Positions 52,897 through 64,000 of a stretch of DNA of 64,000 bases are shown here, one piece after another. Within the stretch, counting starts at the first letter, position 1. Each line of letters starts with the position of its first letter. The translations under genes were made by a program, and so were the position numbers. This stretch comes from Paraspadella gotoi (lineage: Eukaryota > Animalia > Chaetognatha), in NCBI GenBank assembly GCA_051294375.1, contig CM119267.1, positions 14,253,694-14,317,693 of the forward strand. The letters run 5' to 3'. Below the pieces are notes generated by a model. That model made no database searches, was not told the DNA's origin, and was given only the letters and a program-made list of their open reading frames with translations.

Positions 52897-55800
52897 ATGG
52901 AAGAGGACGGAGAAGTTTTTGAAATAACCGATTTTACTACAGCATCCGACTGGGAACGCTTCGTTTCAAAATTGGAAGAAGTTCTTCACGAGTGGAATCT
53001 TATCCATGCTCCATCGTTCTATCCTCCGCTCACTAAGGACATCCTCGCAAAAGGGTCATGGCGGGAATCCATACAGAGCATTCAGTTCGCTGATTTTCAC
53101 TTTTTCGTGAAGCATCATGAGCTACTCTTTGATTCGCCGGAACAAGATGACAACGCTTCCCTAAAGTCACTCGCCCGAAAAATCGAGGGGAAAAAAAGGC
53201 AGTCGTCTCCTACTCCATCCAGCGGTGAAGACGATTGCGATCACGATGGGAGTTGTCACTTTCCTGTAGCGCTCGAGGACATGATGGTTATGGAGAGCGA
53301 CTTTCCGGCGCGATGCCACTGTTTGGCAAGGTGGCACGGTCTTCGCGAATTCGTCGTCATCCAGCCAGCTTCAGCTAGCGATGCCATTCTGCAAGACTCA
53401 AAGGCTAACGTGCTCTTGTCTAGCGTTTCCATGGCGGTCAATAACGCTAACTGTCGAATACCAGTGTTTGTTCAGACCCAAGAGTGGCGAAAAAAATTTT
53501 ATGTGGGATGGTGCGAGGGTCCAGGTGCAAGAGTGAATTTTGAAATGGTTCATTTGCAAAAAGCTCCTTATCAATACTCCCACTTGTCAGGTAATTTTTT
53601 GAGCTGCAATAAACGTTTTAATCCTTTTAGTTTTTTTTTTTTTTTTTACCGGATTTTATATAATAATTTTAGTATTACAAATTAGCTGCCAATTAGGTTT
53701 TTTTTAGTCGGATCTGCTTTCAGCAGATCCCGACTCTATAATTCACTTTGTCGGTCCGTCGGTCCGCCCCCTCAATATTGTCGGGCACTCACTTATATCA
53801 TGTCAGAACATCGAATTATGATAAATTATGCAAAAAAAACGATGTCCGTCCGTCCGTCCATCTGTCTGTCTGTGTCTGTCTGTCTGTCCGTCCGTCCATC
53901 CCACCTTAGCAAAAAACACCAATTACTCGTGATTGGATGGATTGATGGATTGGAATGAAATTTTGTGTATGGGTAGGGAAGTGTGTGATTGAGCTGTATA
54001 TGAAGTTTCGATGGAATTATGAGTAATTGGTGTTCAAATAGTGAAATTTATTTTTAAATTTTTTCCATTTAAACTCATTTCCACGAGTGGATGGGGCGAT
54101 TGACTAGAAAGTTTGTATTTGGGTAGAAAAGTGTGTGATTAAACTGGAAATCAAGTTTCGATGGAATCGTTTGAGTGGAAATGAGTTTAAATGGAAAAAA
54201 CAAAGAACCCATTTCACTAATTGATTATGCTTTTTTTTCCTTTTTATTTTAAATGTAAATGCAAGATGTATTAATTAATCAAATAATTAATCAGTTAATT
54301 AATCAATTAGTCAATTAATTAATCACTAATTAATTAATCAGTCAATTGATTTAATTAATTGCCTAATTAATTAAATAACTTGAATAAATTATTATTAATT
54401 AATTATTAATTATTTAATTACCGATAATGATCGTGGGCAGATCCGACATTGTTTGCTCAAACTTGTTTAAATAATATTTCATTTCATTATCAAGGATTGT
54501 TGGAGGTTTTTAAAGAAAAAATTACGCAACATAGCTGCGAGATAACGGTACCGCCGGTAACAATATCAGTGCGCATGACTTATTCCTTGGATCTGGAATC
54601 TTTTTGTGCGCAAGGATTTTGGCCGCAGGCAATGCCTGACGTTTCCTTGGGTAGGAAAATCGTATGTTCTTTTCAAAAATATTAAAGAATATCTTCTATT
54701 CAAATATTTATCCAACTATTCGCTGAGCAGGGTGCATATATTTTATCGTTTACATATATATATCTTAACCTATATTTAACTTTTATATTTAACCCCTGCT
54801 TTTTGATGACGAAGGCGGTGAGGATTCAGTCGGAATCCAAGATTTCAGCGTTTTGCCCTTCGGTCCGATCGAGGATCCAGTTCGAAATATGATCATCGCT
54901 ACAACATGGCCTTGTCTCTCAGAACATCTCGTCACCGAGACGGATTCTTACTCGGATTTAAATCCTTTACAAGTCAGAAAAATGGAGTTAATCTAATTAT
55001 CAAGTAATGCTGTCAGATTTAAAACTAATTTAGTTTGACTTTTCAGGCTCCTATTTGGACGGCTCGGGCTGTAATGGCTGAAAATGTCTCTGGTTTGCTT
55101 GGAGAATGTTTAAAACTTTTCATAGACGCCTGCTGTAATTTGGCATCGACGGAACATTTGTTGTCCCCCAAGATAGTTTCCTCGCCCAGCAGCGAAGGAA
55201 ATAAGGAAAGTTGCACGTTAAGGGTATTTGCGTTTTTTATGAATCAAATATTTATATGATTATTCTAAAACACAGGACATCGCCGAGGCGTTGCAGCGCG
55301 TAACTCCCGGCTCACCGATAGAAGCCGCAATGTCCCGCGTCTCCCGTGCTGTCACTGATCAAGCATCACGTCTCGCCGCACGTGACTTCGATAACGCCCC
55401 TCTCTCAGAAAATTTGCTTAATCGGGTGCTGTGGTATATTTTTCCAGACGCAAGGCCTGACGATTACCGTCCAAACCGAGGTGAAGAAGCTCCCGATTCA
55501 TACCGTTGGTCCAAGGTCAAGGAATTCGAGTCTTTGGTCAAAGCGTCCCCGCCGTTTTCTTCGTTGTCGCACCGACTTTCCCTTGCTTTTGCCGCCGTCA
55601 ACTATGGCTTCAAGGGCGGCCTGCCTGGGATCGCCTTTTTATGGCAAGAATTTGTTATGGAGCTTCGCTTTCGCTGGGAGAATTCCGTGCTTATTCCTTT
55701 ACTTCAGCGGGGAATTCCCGACACAGCGACCTGTTTGCTCCATCAAAAGTTGCAGCTGCTCAATTGCTGCATCGAGAGAAAACGGGCGAGAGAGCGTATG

Positions 55801-57111
55801 CAGAATCCTTTAACCGCTCTGACTCCGGCGACTGGAACCGTGAAAGTCACCGAAAGAGAGAAAAGCGGGGAAAGTGATTCTGATGACGATTTTTATGAAT
55901 GTTCCGAAAGTCTCGACGATTATTCTTTTATTTCTCGGACTCCTTCATTAAATCCTATCGAAAATCTTCCGGAAGAAGAGGGCGAAGGTCGGCTGCGCCT
56001 TTGCGGCGTCTTAAAGCTTTTAGAAAGACCCGAAAAAAGTATTTACGTACCCATCACTCAAGATCCTTCCCCAATGACTGAGGACATGTTGCACGAGCAC
56101 GCCGAAGTCTTAACACGATTAGGATCGGGCCCAGAGGGTGCTCATCTTCGAGCCCAAATGCAAAGCGCATCCCTATTATCAGATATGGAAGCTTTTAAAG
56201 CTGCGAACCCAGGCTGTATTTTAGCGGATTTCGTGCGTTGGTATTCGCCGCGAGATTTCATCGAAGACGACCGACAACCCGCGGAGGAGACAATTCCCCC
56301 CGCGTCTGGTCATCTATCATCTCGCATGTCGATCGAAGGCAACATCTGGCTAGAGACTTGGGCTCAGGCCAGGCCCTGCCCTGCCAAACGTCAACGCCGC
56401 CTATTCGACGACACGCGTGAAGCCGAAAAGGTTCTTCATTTCCTGGCTAACCTAAAGCCCGGCGAGGCTTGCCGCATGATGCTGCCATGTCTTCTTCAAG
56501 CAGCCGTCATCGACGTTCACGAGCTTGCCGCCAACGTAAAGGGCGACGTTCCCACCCTCGACACTTTGTTGGACTCTATATATTCACGCGCCGTTAGAGC
56601 TACCCGAGGCTCGTCCGACATCGGGGGCGGCTCTAGCAAAGAGGATGACTTGGCGTTGGCGGAGGAGGTGGTGGCACTAATCGCGAGGGCGGAAAGTACG
56701 ATCGCCCGGGCTCAAAGTTTGCAGTTCAAATTGGATACTTACGGTGGCGATCCCGAGTGCAAAAAGGAGGTCGATCGATTCGTTTTTCAGCTGCTTGAAA
56801 ACACAGAAGTTAACGTTTTCGGCGCCGGACGCGGACACGTGGGATCATCGTTGCAACGACTGCTTGAAAACCAAATGGAGGCGCGACAAGAATCAGATGT
56901 CGTATCGGAGGTGAACCCCACGACAAAGCGGGACGCAAAGATTCGCCCTTCGCTTTTTCCAACGGCTTCGGCCAAAGAGTATATTTTTAGAGTCAAGGTG
57001 CCGCGACCAGCTCTTTTTTCGAAGCAATTACCGCAACGAATGTTTGCCGTAGTTGCCACAAACGAGTTTAGGATAGCGGGAGCTTTTACCGAGGATACCG
57101 TGTTTTTTTAA
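52897..57111 (+). CDS. RAB3GAP1: Rab3 GTPase-activating protein catalytic subunit; introns 53591-54494, 54651-54814, 54973-55046, 55224-55275
   Basis: EVFEITDFTTASDWERFVSKLEEVL, LPFGPIEDP, LLHQKLQLLNCCIE, LLSDMEAFKAANPG, DFVRWYSPRD, EFRIAGAFTEDT. Confidence 0.95.
53698..54467 (+). mobile_element. Family A HINE-like element in RAB3GAP1 intron 1
   Basis: TTTTTAGTCGGATCTGCTTTCAGCAGATCCCGAC start, GTCC/GTCT microsatellite, GGGCAGATCCGACATTGTTTGCTCAAACTTGTT end. Closely similar to 21544-22412. Confidence 0.75.
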
Positions 57112-57248
57112 TGCAATTTTTTTCCTATTTACTTTTTTTTTCTCGATGCTAGTCTTATTTTTGTTTCATTTTTGATATCTATATAGAACAAAGTTATATT
57201 CTTAGTATATTTACTTTTTTATCTATTTTTAAAGTTTAATGGAAAGAA

Positions 57249-60200
57249 ATGGAAGGGTCCGATTTAACCGTTGTCAGCTCTTTAACGGAAGATGAAAATG
57301 ATGAGACGATCACAGTGAGCCTCGAAGATGTCGTTGTAGCCCAAAGTCCCGAGCTCCGCGGCAGCAAATTTCAAGTCGTTTCTCAAGAGATCCAAGATTG
57401 CAAACCACTTAAGAGGAAACTGTCCCATGATGAAGTCGAGGACTCCATATCCTCGACTTCTTTCTCCAAAAGAATTAAAGTAGTCGCCAACGCTAACGTT
57501 CTCCGGCGGACCGAGTCTCATCCTCGTTCTGCTTTCGCTGTTTCCGATCAAAGTGGAGTTTTTCTTCGGTCAAACTTACCTTCACCCAGCGAAAGGATCA
57601 TTGGTGGTGACGAATTGGCACAGGTATTGAAACAAGAAAATATACTTTTTTATTTTTCCAGCCTTTGCCTTTTTTACGAAGTACGTATTTTTAGGGTGAA
57701 TTTGTGGCTCAGAATCTGCTAGTAAATGCTCCAAACGTTTACCCAATTTGTGAAAGAATTGAGCCTTCGTATAAATGTTCAAAATGTGATGTCGTTTCTA
57801 CGTCATTCGAAGTTTTCCAACACCATTTACAGGTATATATTGAATTATTTTGCCATAGCTTCTCTTTGCAAGATCGTAATTCGCCTCTCCTTTTCCAGAG
57901 CCACCAAAAGTCAACCAGCTATAACAAAAAAAGCAACGGTAACGTTGCCGTTCCATGTGATTTTTGTCCATCAATTTTTACTAGCGCCGAAGAATTTGCT
58001 CTTCACATAAAATCAGTTCATTTATCTGGGGCATCGAGTGATTCTCATTTCGAAGAGCCTTCGCAGCCTTTGGCAGAGACCGTGTCTTTTTCGGTAAATA
58101 ACGATGTACATACTGAACCTGTTGAGTCTTCTTTATCTGCTGATTTTATGACCGTTGCTCAGGACGAGCTTGGCAATTTGCTTCTTGTGGCAGAAAGTAA
58201 CATTGCTGTCGCTCAGAATAGGGAAGTAAATTCCATTTTTCCAGAAAATGTCGACTTTTTTCAAGATGCGGAAACTGGCTTGTTATATTCCATAAGTTCA
58301 GAATCTAACCTTCAAAATTCTACACTTATAACTCCCCACACAGCAGTCAATAATGCTGCCTTTGATACTCAGACGTTGACCAATTCCAACAATGCATGCT
58401 CAATATCTTTTATGGATGGTCCTTTGACAGTTGTTGATAGTGAAAACAATCTTTTTCGCAATCAAGCGGCGACTACTGTAGTCGATACGCTGTCAAACTT
58501 AACAAAATCAGTGGCAAAAGAAACCGGGCTCCATAATGCAGCAAGGTTTGAAGATGGAAGAGGCGACTCTTCTCTAAGGATTGATGATTCGGAGCTACAA
58601 AATCTCTTTCCTGTTAAAGATCGCCAAGAAATTCCAGAACCTACTGTCGTCGAAAATATCGGTTGCGGAGTCAATTATGTACATCCTATTTACTTTTGCG
58701 GAACTTGTCAATTTAACACCGACTCTATAGTTAAAATTAGCCAGCATATTGTTGCCACTCATCCTTTAAGTGCAAATCCGCCGATTAAACCAAATTCAAT
58801 AAAATCGGGGCTGAAACGATGTGCGTTTTGTTCTTTTACTTATAAAGTCATTCATCGCTTGACCGTTCACTTAATGCGAAGACACAAACCTACGACATCA
58901 AAGACAAACCAGTCCGAAAGCGCCTCCCTAAATAAAATTGTCTCTGATCCAAGAAGTTGTACGCTCTGCGGTTTCTTCGCCCAGAAAAGCAGTGCAATGT
59001 TTCGCCATTTATTGCAAGTAAGATTAGTTAAGTCAACTTGAAATGTAGAAGTCATGGTTACTAATAAAAACGTTTGTTTTAGGCTCACAAATTGGTCGTC
59101 TTTACAAATGAGTTTGGTAAAGAATATGTTGTAGATGCCGCCAGATGGTGGAGTTTACAGGAACAATATCAGAACGCGCAAAGGCCTGCGTTGCAAGGTA
59201 TAATTAATACATGTTACAATGAATTAGCTGATAATGATTAAGATATATATTATACAATTATACATAATTTTAAATAAAGCCTTGTTTCATTTTTATTTTG
59301 TCGCATGAAAAAATATGGCTTCGAATTATATATTTTTATAAATTGTTGAGATTCAAATAAATTGGGCATAATATTAAAAACAGAAGGTAGCTGAAATTAA
59401 GTAATTAAGTAGCATAATGGAAAATACAATTGTCGCGGTTACTTTCCAGCTATTTTTCGGCATTTTAATATAAGAATCGAAAAATAAAATTTAGATTTTG
59501 AGAAACTTTGGCCTCTTGTAATTTATTTATTTTTTTTTCTTTTATACTAATTTCCTGTTCTTTTTTATTTATTTTTAAGTTAAACTGTTACTATTAAAAA
59601 TCTCTGCCTTTTCTCAGTCTCATGGTTATTGCATCATCTCCATTAGGATATATTCATGGATGAATCTTAATTCATATGTCTAAAAAAAGAGCAGAATTAA
59701 AAATAAATTGATGCTGTAGATGCTCCAGAATATTCTTTATATATTGTAAAGTATCAATAAAAGTTATATGTCTCCAGGTAACCTTTCTGTAAGTAAAGTT
59801 ATCATTTATATTTATATCTGGATGTATTATCAGAATCAAATATCAAACGAGTACAAAAAAAGAAAAATTAAAGATTTTAGACCTTGCCAGAAAATTAAAA
59901 GTTTTTGATCTCGCTTAGTAGTAGGGTAGAAAATGCTCCTCACCCATGACCATATTTTTTACAATAATCCTCATTATAATAAAATTACAGGAAATGCTGC
60001 CAACTTTTAAAAAAATGCTGCAAAACTGAAAAATTAAGGTATTTCATTCATATCTTGAATGGAATTAATGATACGCGGAGAAAACCCGTTTTAATCTTTA
60101 GAGCGTTAAAAACTGTACATGTTAGACATCTTACTTGATGAAATAAGCAAATTTTTTGTGATAAGATACTTTTTAAAAATGGATGTCTTGCATTTTACAA

Positions 60201-62956
60201 AAGGGTATTTTAGACTATTTTTTAAAAAGCTATGTTTGTTATTTTAGATCATTCAATATAAACAGCTAATTGACTTTCTATTGATGGAAGTAATTTTTTT
60301 ATTCTAATTAGTTTATGATTTATTAATTTTTTTATTATTTCCACTAAAATCTTGTAACTTATAGAAGCATTAGCTTCAATTTCTGTACTGAAAGAAGCAT
60401 GTCAGTTCCTAACCTAAAGAATTAAGGTTTGCCGCTGGCTAATTCATTTAAAAAGCGGGACTGATAGTTCAAAATATTGGGTCCAATACCTTTTTTGGAA
60501 ATAACTTTGGGTCCTTTTTGAAAACAGATGATCCTAAATTAAAACTGACCGATAAAACTAGGAGGGGTTACCGAAGGACCAACAAATAAAATTATAAAGG
60601 TAGAATTTGCCTTAAGCTTAAGTTAAGCAAATCCAGCTAAAAAGTATGCTATATCAATTTTTAACTTTCTATGTATCGTCTGAAAGCTGAAATCAAAATG
60701 ATTTTAAAAATATAATTAGTTATATACTTAGTAAAACCGGACATCCTCTTTTGGAAGTATTTGTATTCTTTTTATAATTAATAATTTTATGCTGTTGAGA
60801 AAGAATCTTTTTATTCAGTCTTAGGGAGGTTAGAATATATATAAAATCTATTTATGGGCCAAAAAATATATTTAACAATGAAATTAACCGACATTTCCAA
60901 ACCGCGATAATTTTTTTTCCATCTTGGTAAGAATACAACTTTTTCAAAAATTATCATTAACCCTCACATCCCTTAACACCACCCTGGAAACTAATTTTAG
61001 TTTTGGTAACTTTTGTAGTTTTAATTTAAAGATTAAAAAAAAAATGTATGTGTATAAAAAATACGCTTTTTCTAATATTAATATGCTTATTTTGAGTGTA
61101 ATATGATAAAAAATACTAGTGAGTTATAAAAAAAAGTGGTATATGAAAATATTTAATTTTTTTAAGGTTAAAATAATTTTTTTTAATATAAATTAATGTT
61201 AAATAATATAATATATTTTAATTCTAAAATCAAATGATATATATATCAAAATCCCCAGAGGGTAAATTAAGTATAGGTTTGATAATAAATAAAAAACATT
61301 ATTGTAATGTGATAAATGATTGTTTTTATAAAATTGTTATAAAAATTGAGATGGCCAAATTTTTCTTTTCATCCATCTTTGAACCTCACACCTGTGTTTT
61401 TAATTGCATTTTACCAAACATTAGCTCAGTCGAATCGAAAAAAGCTAATTTTTTTAGATATATCATTTTCTCTCTGAGATTTTGATATTAAATGGGTAAA
61501 AGGTTTTGGCGACTTATTCATTTTCCAAGATGGTACTCTTCACCTTCACCACCCCAAACCTTAACCAGTCTTAACCTTAACTACCCTTAACCTTAACTAC
61601 CCTTAACCACCTATAACCTCAACTACCCTTAACCACCTATAACCTCAACTACCCCTCACCTCAACTACCCCTTACCACCCATAAACCCAAACCTAAAAAA
61701 ATATTTATATATGCGAGTAGTAAAATAACCGACTGGGTAGGTTCCAGTCGGCTTAAGTAAATATAGTGCTTTTATCCCACCTGATTCAAGAAAAATGCGT
61801 ACGACTTATTAAAAATATTTTACACGCGTCAAACTGTCTCTTGCGCGTTAGGAAAAATGGTACTGAATTTTAAATTGTCCCGAAATTCTTTCAACCCAAG
61901 CTTTTTGTTTTCAAAGTGGAACTGAAGAGCGTGATGACGAAGGTCCTCGAATCACTGCCGGCGACATCGGTGATGCGTCGACATTCCGTTTCCGATCAAC
62001 AGATTTCTACGTCAGACGACGATGTTATGATTCTCAACGTGAACCTCGAAGAAGCAAAACCCTCGTCGACACCGAATTCGATAATGGAACCGAATTTTTC
62101 GAATGAACCGATTACCAATGGGTCCGCTCCTAAAGTTTTAAGCCGCGCTTCGGGCTCTCGCAGTCGCCCTCCATCCCAATCACTTTCGCCCGTCGCTATT
62201 AGCGCTCAAGCCCGCGTCACCGTTTCCGAAAAATCGGGCTCAAAAAAAGCAACGGCGGCCAAAGGTTCCTTCTCCCCAGTTACCATCATTCCAGCCTCTT
62301 CCGGGTCCAAATCGAAAAAAGGTGCAGTGGTGAATCGCGACGTGGGGAAACCCTCCGTTCTTTCACGAATGGCACCTCGATCCATAACTATATTGGAGGA
62401 TTCGTCATCGAATGCTAAGAGCGTTGGAGGAGCTGGCCAGACAAATGCTCAAGTTGCCTCATCCACTCCGAACATCCAACGACAGGCTGCGACAACCGGG
62501 TCGCTTGTTTACCATTCCGTTTCTACTGAATCGGCCGAGCCGGAACCGTGGCTCGATGCATCTCGCGCTCTTGAAGCCAATCTCGAATTGCCATCAAACC
62601 TGCCCGTTGCAAATGACCAATTTGTCTACCTTCAACTGTCCAATGGAGATATCGGAAAAATTTCCACTGCGGACTTTTTACAGTTGCAGCAACAAGCATC
62701 ATGTCCGGAAAGAACCAGCGTTGGATCAATTCGACTAAACCAGAATCAGAATGACGACGTCAATTATAAAGTATTCGAAGAATTTTATCAAACCGATTCA
62801 TCTTCTTCCTCTTCGTTAATTGTTCAAGGCGTTGACGGAATCGTAGGGGTCGACGAACGAGTAACTTTTAATGAACCACTTGGCGCCCCGGATGCATCCA
62901 TAGGGGCTCAACTGGTTGATATCGATGGACAACTTTTTCAAATACAAGTACCGTGA
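57249..62956 (+). CDS. Multi-C2H2 zinc-finger protein; introns approx. 57624-57695, 57833-57898, 59017-59082, 59198-61916
   Basis: Five dispersed C2H2-like fingers (e.g. CDFCPSIFTSAEEFALHIKSVH, CGTCQFNTDSIVKISQHIVATH). The phase-1 donor at 59198 matches the acceptor at 61916, joining the 61916-62956 ORF as the last exon. Confidence 0.75.
61545..61755. repeat. CCTTAACC/CCTCAACTACC tandem repeats followed by a hairpin
   Basis: C-rich degenerate repeats at 61545-61695, then stem CCGACTGG-GTAGGTT-CCAGTCGG at approx. 61729-61751. Confidence 0.7.
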
Positions 62957-63103
62957 TCTTGCCGTTTCTTAGCCATTAACTACATATTTCCTCTTTTAAG
63001 TTGATTTGAATAAAACGATTATTTTTATTTTTAGCTCCTGCTGATTTGATTAGACTTTTGTTATAGTTTACGTTATTGTTATATTTTTCCAGAGAAAAAA
63101 ATC

Positions 63104-63376
63104 ATGGAAAAAACCATGGCTAAGCACTTGGAGGACGCTCTTGACCAACCGGGTGTCATTGGAGCGCTGACTACCGATCAGGGCGGCCTCCCACTATGCG
63201 TAAAAGGAGCAATCAATGCCTCCAACGCGGGATGCATTGCGGCGGCGGCGGAGAAAGCTTCCATGTTACATCCTGAGAAAAGAAATCCTGTGATAATCAT
63301 TGACATTTGTGACGGGAATTCGCTTATGGTCAAGCAGGATGAGTTGAGCACCACTATCGTCCACAAAAAAAATTAA
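63104..63376 (+). CDS. LAMTOR5: Ragulator subunit LAMTOR5 (HBXIP)
   Basis: 90 aa; HLEDALDQPGVIGALTTDQGGLPLCVKG...NPVIII...IVHK, a roadblock-type LAMTOR5 pattern. Confidence 0.88.
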   Translation: MEKTMAKHLEDALDQPGVIGALTTDQGGLPLCVKGAINASNAGCIAAAAEKASMLHPEKRNPVIIIDICDGNSLMVKQDELSTTIVHKKN

Positions 63377-63394
63377 AAAAAGACAAAAGACAAT

Positions 63395-64000
63395 ATGAAT
63401 CAAACAATTCCGACGCCCTTCTGTCCCCCACTTTTACATCCTCCTCCTCCTCCCGTACCACCTCCTCCTTCTGAACCTCCTCCTACTCCTAACCACCTTC
63501 AACCTTCCTGCACTAATGAACAATTAAATAAATATAGTGACCAAAACTATTACCCATTGTCCTCCATTGAAAAAGAACTGGTGTTGGCTTTGTCTCGCTC
63601 CGGTTTCGAACGCCAAACTTTCGAACTTATCATTCCGTCGCACATTCCCGAGATTAAGCTGCAGCGTGGTCCAACCTGCGGAATTACTGCGCTTCGAATG
63701 GCCTTGGACCTGGCAAGGGAGAACAACGCTAAAATACCTTTCCTATCCGACGAGGATATTATAACTATAGCTAAACAACGGGGATTTACAACTTATGGAG
63801 AAATTTTTTCTTGTTCGAATTTGCTCGACTTGGCCAAGACGCTTTTTGTCGAAGCGGCCTCACTTGAGATGGAGTTCCCTTCGACGGACTTTCCAACGAT
63901 CAAGCACAAGGTTGTGGAACATTTGAAGTCCCGAGGAACGATTCTCGTTCCTTACGACAAGGACCGGGACTTCACCCCTTGTTCACGTGGGGGATCTAAG
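63395..64000 (+). CDS. ACTMAP: Actin maturation protease (C19orf54), 3'-partial; absent from the ORF track
   Basis: Open frame from ATG 63395 to the window end: Pro-rich N-terminus, LQRGPTCGITALRMA (catalytic Cys region), GFTTYGEIFS, ILVPYDKDRDFTPC. Confidence 0.85.
   Translation, partial: MNQTIPTPFCPPLLHPPPPPVPPPPSEPPPTPNHLQPSCTNEQLNKYSDQNYYPLSSIEKELVLALSRSGFERQTFELIIPSHIPEIKLQRGPTCGITALRMALDLARENNAKIPFLSDEDIITIAKQRGFTTYGEIFSCSNLLDLAKTLFVEAASLEMEFPSTDFPTIKHKVVEHLKSRGTILVPYDKDRDFTPCSRGGSK

Overview
This window is eukaryotic (invertebrate animal-like) genomic DNA, not prokaryotic. It holds 22 protein-coding genes, all on the + strand: CCDC88/Daple-Girdin (5' partial), hexokinase, alpha-tubulin, CTR9, an orphan twin-Cys/His-motif protein, HGSNAT, HAUS5-like, a small basic orphan, SURF2, RAD54L, METTL5, CDIN1, FTCDNL1, a TET-family dioxygenase, ZRANB3, LSM5, TBC1D32, TTI2, RAB3GAP1, a C2H2 zinc-finger gene, LAMTOR5 and ACTMAP (3' partial). 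Stop-to-start gaps are often only 18-270 nt and T-rich, and many start codons sit just behind an unpaired 3' splice-acceptor-like AG. The main inference is a very long polycistronic (operon-like) array resolved by spliced-leader trans-splicing. Other points of interest are a compact, intronless TET with an N-terminal catalytic domain and a C-terminal C2H2 finger, a young TRIM retroelement plus a solo LTR, and nested DINE-1/HINE-like elements and MITEs in the long introns and gaps. Gene names come from remembered family motifs and exon models were spliced by hand. No searches were run and the organism is unidentified.
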